From contig OZ024741.1 in the NCBI GenBank assembly GCA_964016885.1, positions 116,560,001 to 116,624,000 on the forward strand: a DNA stretch of 64,000 nt. Reading direction: 5' to 3'. Each line of letters starts with the position of its first letter. The stretch's first letter is position 1. The notes below the pieces were generated by a model. It was not told the origin of the DNA. It ran no database searches and worked only from the letters and a program-made list of their open reading frames with translations. Shown here piece by piece: positions 54,313-64,000 of the stretch. This DNA is from Eledone cirrhosa. Taxonomy: Eukaryota. A program made the position numbers and the translations under genes.

Positions 54313-57300
54313 TCATCATCATCATCATCGTTTAATGTCCTTCTTCCACGCTAGCATGGGTTAGACGGGAGTTGTCCCAATTTGAGGCAAGTTTGGTCAG
54401 GTGACCGTGTCTCGCTCATATAGGACTATCTGGCAGGTTTTCTATGCGCTTCCTAACACCAACCACATTTACAGTGTGGACAGGGAACTTTTTACCGTGT
54501 TACCTACACGACCACATTACAGCGTGGACTGTGTGTTTTTTTATCATGACACCTACACGATCTCGATCTCATTATCTCATTTATTTGGACTGGATGTTGT
54601 GGTACCAACTTTACAGAGAGAGGGTGGTGTTGGTGGGAGTGGGAGAATAGGGTAGGGGTAGTGGATTGGGGTGTATATTTGGTTAAGAGGTACCTACTGA
54701 CTGTAGGTTTCGCTTTGTGCATAGGCAAGGCAGGTCTTCTGTGTTACTGCGTGGTGCCAAAGATCTCGGTCCAGTGACATTGTCTTAGAAAGGCACAAGT
54801 GTGTAAGGTCGGAATTTATCAAATTGTCCCAGGTTTTTCTGGGTCTACCTACTCCGTAACTTCCATCAATTTTGATCGCCCTGCACTTTTTTATACAGCT
54901 GTCGGCTTTCATGCACATCACGTGACCATACCAACGTAGTCTTCTCTGAAGTAAACAGCATCTGATCCCTCTTATTCCTAATTTCTCACTTAGTTCATTT
55001 ATGCTTTGCCGTTCACGTATATTACTATTACACATCCAACGGAGCATGCATGCTTCGTTCCTCTCCATTCTGTGCAGGTCCTCTGCATACAACGCCCATG
55101 TCACACTGCCATGTAGCATTGGTGTTCGTATACAGGCATCATACAATCTGCCTTTCATTTTTAGAGAGAAATCTTTTCTGGTCAACAGCAGTATAAGCTC
55201 TCTGAACTTTTTCCATCCCGTTCTGACTCCGGCTACTGTACTTTCAGAGCACCCACCACTACTGCTGATTTTGTCACCCAGGTAACGGAAAGTGTCCACT
55301 ATTTCTATAGAACCATCTGGGCAATAGAAGGAGCTAGTATCCTGTGGGCACTTGCTACTTATTGCATCTAAGCATCGGCCACATATAAAATCTACGTTCT
55401 TAGATAGTTTACCTGTGATCCCACTACATCTTTTATGTACCCATAGTTTGCATTTGGGGCATAAAATGGAATTTCTACCTACTCCTTTCCTACACTCTGA
55501 GCATGGCCATTTCCCAGAGGGCACCGGTGCCCTATTTTCCTTTCTACAAACTAGAACTTTACTCTTAGACAAGTTAACTTTAAGGCCTTTTGATTCTAGG
55601 CCATGCTTCCATGTTTGCAATTTCTTCTCTAGTTCAGCCATAGATTCAGCTATGAGAGTTAGATCATCTGCGTATAGGAGTTCCCATGGGCAGCCGGTCT
55701 TAAACTCCTCTGTTATAGCCTGAAGGGCAATAATAAATAGGAGGGAGCTAAGGACAGAGCCTTGATGAACACCAACTTTTACACTAAATTCTTCACTATA
55801 TTCATTTCATCTAGATAAATTCACCCTCTGATTAGTTGCGCTATAACTCTTTCTGTGACCTTCATGACCTGGTTAACTAACTTAATGCTTCTATAGTTTC
55901 CCCTCTCTAGAGCATCTCCTTTGCCCCTGTAGCAGTTAATGATGATGCTGCTACGCCAGTCTTTTGGTATGACCCCATTCTGTATTACACTGGTTTACTA
56001 TACGGGTGACCATAGTATGTCCCACCATTCCAGATGCTTTCAACATCTCAGCAACTATCTCTGAAGGCCCAGCTGCCTTGCCTGTCTTCATATCTTTGAT
56101 TGCCTTACTTATTATACTACCTTTAACTTGCACCGCTGGTCCTTTTATTGGATCGATTTGAGGCAGACTATCTTTTTCCCATTTATTCTCATTTAATAGT
56201 CTCTCGTAGTGACACTTCCAAGCTACCTTCTTATCAGTATTAGTGAGGGCAAGTACACCATTATCATTGCGGACACACTTCTCCCCGACAATATCACGGT
56301 TTTCCTTGACACACTGTCTGTCTAGCAATCCTGAACACCTCACGTTTTTGGTCCCCATGTAGAACATGCTTGAACTTTCTATCCTCTGATTCCTTTTTTT
56401 GCAAAGTACACTTGTCTTCTAGCTTCTCTCCTGGCCACTTGATAGTGTTCTCTACTTCCCCCATCCTGCCATACTTTCCAAGCCTGCTTTTTGGCCTTGA
56501 TTGTCTCTTCCACCTTACTGTTCCACCACCAAGTTACTCTCCTCCTGCCAATAGGTCTGCTCCAGCCACAGATTTCATCAGTCGCTTTCAGCAGGTTCAC
56601 TTTCAAGAATTGCCACTGTTCCTCTATATTGTACGTCTCTAATTGCTCTTCCTTATTGTCAAAGGCATCAAGTAATAAGCTTTTAAATTTGTCACTGGCT
56701 ATGGGGTCCTTCAACTTCCATATTCTTCTCCTCAAGGTAGTCCTTCTCTGCCGTCGAGTACGTCTATTCCTAACTATGAGGTCACTAACTACTAGGCTAT
56801 GTTGGGAGGTGCATTCTTCACGGGAGAGGGATTTAGTGTTTACAACAGACACTTTGTCACGTCTTCTAGTAAGGATATAGTCTATCTGGCTCGCGTGTTC
56901 CCTTGATCTATAGGTGATCAAGTGATTTTCTCGTTTTTTGAAGTTTGTGTTACAGATAGTTAGGTTATTAGCGGCACAGAATTCCAGGATTCTGAAGCCT
57001 TCCTCATTTCTATTGCCAAACCCATAGCCTCCATGGATTCCATCATAGCCATCACTATGTTGTCCAGCGTGACCGTTTAGGTTGCCAGCAATAATTAAGT
57101 AGTCACTGTCGGTTATTTGGGAGGTAGTGTGCATTAGCGACTCATAGAACCTGTCCTTTATAACATCAGATAGACCCGATTGGGGTGCATAAGCGGATAT
57201 TATTGTCACAGTAGTTCTATTTAGAACTAGTCTTATTTTACTTATTCTGTCATTCAATCTATTTACGGCAATTACCTTATCTACCCATTTTTCAGCTAAC

Positions 57301-57720
57301 ACAATTCCTACTCCAGCCAGTTCGTTGTCATTTCCCACCCAGAAAAGTTTATAGCATCGTTTTTTTACCCACAATGAATCTAGCACACCCACCTCTCCAC
57401 CTAGTCTCTTGAACACAACAAACATCAACTTCTTTATGTTCAAGCATCTCTACAACCTCATTTGAGAGACCTTTCAATGTGCCTACGTTCATAGTACCAA
57501 CTCTGAAGTCGGGAGGGTGGAATGGATGGGTTGGAGGGCAGGGAGGGGTGTGGGAGACGGAATTATGTTGGTCATCCATGTCTGAAATAAAGAGGGGTCC
57601 TTGCATTCTCGTCCTGCCACGGCAGGTGAATTTATCTTTATCTGTGACACTGTCATTGAGTGTTCAGGCTTTCCAAATTCTGCAGTCCACCTAGCAAACC
57701 GAAAATCAACCAGGTCTAAA
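54313..57720 (-). mobile_element. Near full-length RTE LINE (APE endonuclease plus RT), frameshifted and deleted within RT
   Basis: TMNVGTL..VQETRW, SAYAPQ, GNLNGH, SQIDYIL, GKAAGPSEI, GVHQGSVLSPLLF, LLYADDL, FRYLG, RRLRWYGHV, GRPRKTW; (GAT)n tail at 54313-54329; RT core deletion near 55805. Confidence 0.92.
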
Positions 57721-58071
57721 CTTAAGGAGTAATAACCGAGGTGGTAGCTTTGTTATGCAGATTTGTAAGATTACTTATTATAAACCGCTGAGTTATGATT
57801 GGACCATATAACAATGGTGGTGTGCGGGGGGTGGGAGGGCGGGTAATGGGTAACTTTAGGAGAAGGTTAGTTTTTAGGTAGGGTCCAAAAAGAATGAGGC
57901 ATATTATTAAAAACATGTAAAATATTAATTGAAAATCCGAGAGAAAAAGGGAGAATTCGAATATTAATAATAATATTCAATTCGTTTGCAATTATGCAAA
58001 TAAGCCTCATTTTTAAAACCATGTCAATAGAATGAGCCCCTCATTCTTGCTCTTGTGTTGGCATGTAAACA

Positions 58072-58121
58072 GAACTGCAGACACTAATGTTTCTGGGTAT
58101 CACCCTTCATCAGTACAGTTC
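58072..58121 (-). ncRNA. Minimal type I hammerhead ribozyme
   Basis: gaactgta-CTGATGA-agggtgataccca-GAAAC-attagt-GTC-tgcagttc: 8-bp stem I, extendable by gtgaacag/ctgtttac; GUC site. Confidence 0.82.
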
Positions 58122-58756
58122 ACTGTTCACCCGCCAACTGTCACATTTAGTGAAAATATATGATATTTTCTAAAATATACAATGACTGATCAGCCTGATT
58201 TGCATATTAGCAGACTGGCTGATCAGTCAGATCTGCATATTAGCAGATCCACTGATCAGTTCTGTTTACATGCCAACACAAGAGCCAGAATGAAGGGCTC
58301 ATTCTACTGACATGGCTTTAAAAATGAGGCTTGCTTGCATAATTGAAAACGAATCGAATATTATTATTAATATTCGAAAAACTCAGATTACATTTATTGT
58401 ATTCAGCCATATAGAGGGAAACATTTTTTTATTACATATATATGAATATATATATATAAATATATATACACATGCTAGCGTGGAAGATAGACGTTAAACG
58501 ATGATGATGATGATGATGATATATATCTTTACCGTCTAACCCGGGACGTTAAACGATGATGATGATGATGATGACGGTGATGATATATATAAATATATAT
58601 ATATGTATATATTGTATACATATATATATAAATATATATATATATGTATATTTACATTATATACGTACATATGTACACACACACACACATATATATATAT
58701 ATACATATATATAAGAACAAAGTGGAGGTGTTACATAGGAGATTTATTGCTCAATC

Positions 58757-58845
58757 CTGGTCACAAATGTTTCTCAAGCAGCTGGCTCGTGATCTGCGAT
58801 GGCACCCCCAGACCAGACTCCAAGTCTGCTTGATCCTCAGACTAG
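58757..58845 (-). ncRNA. Type I hammerhead with long stem II, cleavage triplet GUG
   Basis: ctagt-CTGAGGA-tcaagcag-[44 nt]-ctgcttga-GAAAC-attt-GTG-accag, with AATAAA downstream. Confidence 0.7.
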
Positions 58846-59449
58846 TATTAACACAACAAAGATCACATCAAATCTGGGGACGTACCAGCCAGACACAAAC
58901 AAACATATGGAATGACCAAACACAGGCCTAAAATTCAATGGACACACTTATATAGCATTACAAGAAAAAACCATTATAATGGATATAAATAAATAAAGAA
59001 ATATATCCACGTATACACGATTACACACATACACACACACATGCATAAAATACCTACGTACACACACTCTCTCACACGTAGAAATTGTACATGTACATAC
59101 ACATACATACACACACACGTACATACATATACATACACACATCCTCACACACATGCATATATATATATACACATGCACTTAAAATACATACATAAATATA
59201 TACACATACACTTAAAATACATACATATACATATATACACATCATAAAAATATACGCACAAAAAATGCAAGAGAAAGGGTGTTGGTGCTCTGGGACGAGT
59301 ACTGGTGCTACCGTGGCAGGACAGGGTCGGTAGCTCACTAAGGAAGACAGTGACCCCTTGCGGTGCATCCACCTGCGAGATGGGCAAACAGATGGGTCCT
59401 TCAGTGCATACAATTACTCAGAATCTCAAACTTAGAGTTGATCGCCCAC

Positions 59450-59850
59450 CTGCATAGCTTTAGGATCTCCACACTCTCACAGATACAGAGCCGACAAACC
59501 TCGCTGCCCAGCCCCCGTGGGGCCGCAAAATGGAGAATTTTCCACCTCAGTTCTCATCCTTGAGCCTCCACATGCACTCGACTAGACTACTGTTGGACCT
59601 CTTGCTTCTGTGTCTAAAGAATCACATGTGGTTGTGGAAGTGGGATTTGAACTCGGTACTTGTGGAACCCACATACACAAATTTCTTTCTTTCGGTGGAG
59701 ACCATACAGCTGTAGACCACTCCCGAGACTCTGCAGCGGATGTTGAGGGGGAAGTCATGGGAGGATCTGCAGTTGCAGATTGTCAGAGATCTACCAGGGG
59801 CGCCGTAGGGTGCGGTGTTCAATGTGAGAGAGGGGATATTGCACTGGGGG
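59450..59850 (-). mobile_element. Penelope-like GIY-YIG endonuclease remnant
   Basis: CNCRSSHDFPLNIRC..SGVVYSC.V.T....YVGSTSTEFKSHFHNH*..F...SSL...MWRLKDEN. Confidence 0.8.
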
Positions 59851-60309
59851 TTCCGATTATTTATATATAGATATATACTAATAATAACAAAAAAGATGAA
59901 GTGTTAGATCTTTATTATGTTTATTGAGGTGAGACGTGCATTTCGTGATTGATCAGCTCAAGGTTCGATCTGTATTGATCTGGCCTGATTCTGGAATCAA
60001 AAGCTCATCAGACTTCTATTATAGTAATGAAAGAATGATCATTCGGGGCAGATCAATACAAATCGAACCTTGAGTTGATCAATTGTGAAATGCACGCCAC
60101 ACCTCAATAAATGTAATGAGGATCTAACACTTCGTCCTTTTTATTATTATTAGTATTACATTCTGCTTGGTGCAACACCAGTATACTTACTGGAAACTAC
60201 GCATTGAGTGCGCACTATAGTGAACCTACAGTAACTGGACATTACAATCTCTATATATCATCATTTTACGTCCGCTTTTCCCTGCTTGCATACATATATA
60301 TATATATAT

Positions 60310-60343
<34 letters not shown>

Positions 60344-61440
60344 GAAAAACAAGGGGAGAAGATTACTACATGGTTGCACATGGATTACATATTATAAAAT
60401 AAGTCCCTCATCAGTGATTTGCCAACCATCATTGGTATTTCATCGCATTAAAAATCAGATACCTCAGGTTGATGCGAGCAATAACTAAAATAAGCTATTG
60501 GGACAAGTGAAACGCGTAAAGCGAGTGAGACAAGTAAACAACAGAAGGAAAAGCAAACCGAAGGTTGGAAAAACAGCAAGCCACATGATAGTTATCCGAT
60601 CAGCATAATCTGGGTGAATTTCATGAGCGGTCAGAGAAGCAGACCGTACGCCGTGAATGCGGTGTGAGAAAGAAGGAACCCCACTACTAGCGAACGGGAG
60701 GAAGTGAGAAGGGGAGAAACAGAGAGTGAGTGAGTGGAAGTGCGAGGAAGAGGTCAGTGACAGAGAGGGCGAAAGAAGGTAAGAGAAACAGAGAGAACGG
60801 GGGAGCAGTAAGAGAGAAAGAGAGAAACAGATAATCGCAGTTTAGGTAAATATATATGAAAAACAAGGGGAGAAGAATACTGCATGGTTGCACATGGATT
60901 ACATATTATAAAATAAGTCCCTCATCAGTGATTTGCCAACGATCATTGGTATTTCATCGCATTAAAAATCCCAATAGCTTATTTTAGTTATTGCTCGCAC
61001 CAACCTGAGGTATCTGATTTTTAATGCGATGAAATACCAATGATGGTTGGCAAATCACTGATGAGGGACTTATTTTATAATATGTAATATATATATATAT
61101 ATATATTTATATATATGTGTAGCATGGTATGATGATAAAAAGCACCCAGTCCACTCTGTAATATGGTTGTGCTGGCACCATGGGATCATCTGCCAATAGG
61201 TGTTGTAAAGTAGTTGGTGTTAAGAAGGGCATCCAGCCACAGAAACCAAGCAAAAAAATGGAATGCATGAGCAGGATGTAGTCACCTGACCTGTCTGGCC
61301 TCAGAATGTGACAACCCACTTAATCTATACAAGCATGGAAGATAGATGTTCAACATTGATGTTGATGATATATACTCTTTTACTCTTTTACCTGTTCCAG
61401 CCATCCGGCTGAGGCCCTGCTGGGGCACCGCCCTTGTGTG

Positions 61441-61565
<125 letters not shown>

Positions 61566-61650
61566 AAGAGTCGAAGTCAGTGTTGCAGCATATGTACAAA
61601 CTTTATTTACATATTACAATTGTTTCAATATCGATCTGCACACTACAGCT

Positions 61651-61716
<66 letters not shown>

Positions 61717-61831
61717 CATATATATATAATATACTATATGTATGTAAAAGGTAAACAGAAATAACAACACAATCAGTACAGTATATGGAAGGGATATATT
61801 AGGTTAACGCTTGATATAGCAGGAAGGGGGG

Positions 61832-61867
61832 TCTTAACGTTTCGGACGCTAGTCCTTCATCAGAAGA
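61832..61867 (-). ncRNA. Minimal Penelope-type hammerhead (dimer-dependent stem III)
   Basis: tctt-CTGATGA-aggactagcgtcc-GAAACGTT-aaga; palindromic ACGT stem III. Confidence 0.7.
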
Positions 61868-62525
61868 AAGAATAAGAAATATGATAGATTTAGGGGGTGG
61901 GGGTGGAATTGGAAAAAATATCTTTAGATAAAAATAACAGGTCCATTCATGTTGACATCTCTTAACCTTTAGCATTTACATTACTCTGGCACATGGCTTA
62001 GTGGTTAGAGCATTGGCCTTGCAATCGAAAGGTTGTGAGTTCAATTCTCAGACTGGGCGATGTGTTGTTTCCTTGAGCAAGACACTTTATTTCACATGGC
62101 TCCAGTTTACGCAGCTGTAGAAATGAGTGTTCGTGGAGGTGCCACGGCAAAAAAGCACCCTGCACTCACTGTAAATGAGGTTGGTGTTAGGAAGGGCATC
62201 CAGCTGTAGAAATCAAGCCAGAATCAGTTCCCGTCCCACCCTTGCAAGCAGGGAAAAGCGGGCGTAAAATGAAATGATGATGAAATGATGATGACTCTAT
62301 ATTTGCTATAAAGAAATTATATTTTCTCGGTAAACACTTTACCTCACATAATTATCTCACATAATATTGAATCTATGAGATTTTGATATTATTTATTTTG
62401 AGAACAATACCTTAACATCAGTATGAGTGGTCAGTTATAGCAGGTTTGGACAGAACGAGGTGAGAGAATTCTGACTGGATATAAGAGTTAAGCCCTGAGA
62501 TGTTCATTCTGTCATTACCACATCA

Positions 62526-62619
62526 GAGGTCTGATGAGCTGTTGATGATTCCAGAGTCAGGCTAGATCAATACAGATTGAACCTTGATCTCATCGATTGC
62601 GAAACGCGCATCACTACTC
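62526..62619 (+). ncRNA. Long-stem-II hammerhead family copy (degenerate)
   Basis: gaggt-CTGATGA-[63 nt]-GAAAC-gcgc-ATC-actactc-AATAAA. Relatives at 59926-60016(-) and about 36755-36845(-). Confidence 0.65.
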
Positions 62620-62651
62620 AATAAACATAATGAAGACATAACAAATCATCC

Positions 62652-62683
<32 letters not shown>

Positions 62684-63032
62684 TTTTTTTTTTTTTTTTA
62701 CACGCAGAAATGCCCATTTGTACCGCCCTGTATTGTCCTGTACTGTCCTTAATGTCTACTTTATGTAAACCCTTGTGGTTAATAAAGAAATCATTATTAT
62801 TATTATTATTATTATTATTGAATGCCATGGTTGACGGAGGCTCGGCTCTGTAAGGTATAGTAATTTTTAACCGTTAAAACAATTGTAAATTGTTTAAAAC
62901 TTGAACCAAATTGTTGATAAAGACACCCTCCTCCTCGTGAGAGGGGTCTTTCTGTCCGTTATTTGGCCCTTCGGGGTTAAATAACCAGTTATTGGGGTTT
63001 TGTACCCAAAATTTCATTTTAAACAAAAAAAC

Positions 63033-64000
63033 ATGGCTACCAAAAAGAAATTTCATACGTCACTCCCACTCATTCCGTCTTCTTCTTCCTCAATCATCAC
63101 TACAGCAGAGAGAAGATTGTCTCTCTCCCTCCCTTCTTTAAATGTGTCTCTCTCCCTCCCTTCTCTTTCGCAAGCGACGAAAGAAAAGAAAAGTCTCGTG
63201 CAAAGCGTGCAAGGTTTCTCCACGACGACGACGACAGCGACGAAACAGGTGTGCGGGAAATACGAAAACCCAGTTCATTCGTCTGACGTCAGGAATAATA
63301 GCAGTAGCAGCCGTAATAACAACAGCAACAGTGACAATGAAAACAACAGTAGCAGCCGCAACAGCATCACCAGCAGCATAAACAACAACAGCATTAGCAG
63401 CAGCAACACCAACAACAACCACAGCAACAGCGGCGGAGGCAGTAGTCGTAGTACCTGCAGCAACAAAAGTACCAGCAGCTCTGACGACAACAACAACAGC
63501 AGAGAAAAACCAATCTCATTTGCAGGTATTGCGAAAAACTTGGAAACAATCCTCATAACAAATGAGGAATTAGAGGAAGCGAAGAAGATGGTGACAAAGA
63601 ACGGACACCGAGCAATCTGCAAGGCAGCGAAAAATTTTTTCGAAACCCAAGAGCACTGTACGGTCACGTACCGTACAGTAAGTACAAAATCCCGTAGGGT
63701 GGAAAGAGCCACAGAGGCCCAAATACAAAAAGCCTTGGGGTCTGTGTGGCAGAGGAAAACGCACATCACCCGAGGCAAAAAATACGCCACCGTAGACGTA
63801 CTTTTTGCCACACCCCAGGAGGCAAAGGCCCAATCAGTAGTGACCCTAAGGAGCGAGGAAATGGTGTTGGTGCCCTCCTACTGCGGGCAAAAAATTGTGA
63901 GGGTCAAACTGACCCACGTCCCCCCCGGAATGACCCCTTCTTGGCTGGCCGCGTCTGTCCTCGTCGGAATCGAGGACAAAACAACTGTACTGCAAGTACA
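63033..64000 (+). CDS. Open ORF running off the window; probable ORF1 (gag-like) of an L1/Tx1-type non-LTR retrotransposon
   Basis: aaaaacATGG start, no stop for 322 codons (absent from the ORF track because it has no stop). S/N-rich N-terminus, then SFAGIAK...VDVLFATPQEAKA...LVPSYCGQKIVRVKLTHVPP, resembling RRM-type LINE ORF1; GC-richer than the flanks. Confidence 0.7.
   Translation, partial: MATKKKFHTSLPLIPSSSSSIITTAERRLSLSLPSLNVSLSLPSLSQATKEKKSLVQSVQGFSTTTTTATKQVCGKYENPVHSSDVRNNSSSSRNNNSNSDNENNSSSRNSITSSINNNSISSSNTNNNHSNSGGGSSRSTCSNKSTSSSDDNNNSREKPISFAGIAKNLETILITNEELEEAKKMVTKNGHRAICKAAKNFFETQEHCTVTYRTVSTKSRRVERATEAQIQKALGSVWQRKTHITRGKKYATVDVLFATPQEAKAQSVVTLRSEEMVLVPSYCGQKIVRVKLTHVPPGMTPSWLAASVLVGIEDKTTVLQV

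Noticed and set aside
59280-59410. HDV-like ribozyme in a GC-rich hairpin stretch
   Set aside because: P1, P1.1 and P2 could not be assembled on either strand; probably Penelope 3' region.
63138-63833. Minus-strand ORFs of 87-178 aa
   Set aside because: Antisense shadows of the low-complexity plus-strand ORF starting at 63033.

Overview
This is AT-rich, microsatellite-dense animal genomic DNA, not prokaryotic. The SINE/RTE/(TA)n repertoire suggests an octopus or another coleoid cephalopod (inference). The only host coding sequence I can support is the last two exons of a minus-strand TMEM47/claudin-like gene (42353-42502 and 40729-40964). Its upstream exon was not found, so 42.5-64 kb is probably intron. 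The rest is mobile DNA: two tRNA-derived SINE families, RTE LINEs whose RT carries an embedded PHD-like finger, a 5'-truncated CRE-clade element, CR1 and R4 fragments, a hAT/Buster transposon, several MITEs, and the 5' end of an apparently intact L1/Tx1-like element. Two things stand out. First, there are about 10 Penelope-associated type I hammerhead ribozyme motifs, several with a long structured stem II that shares a covarying internal loop. Second, there is a very young non-coding LTR element whose tRNA-Trp primer-binding site extends past m1A58 with a mismatch exactly at position 58. All alignments and folds were done by eye.
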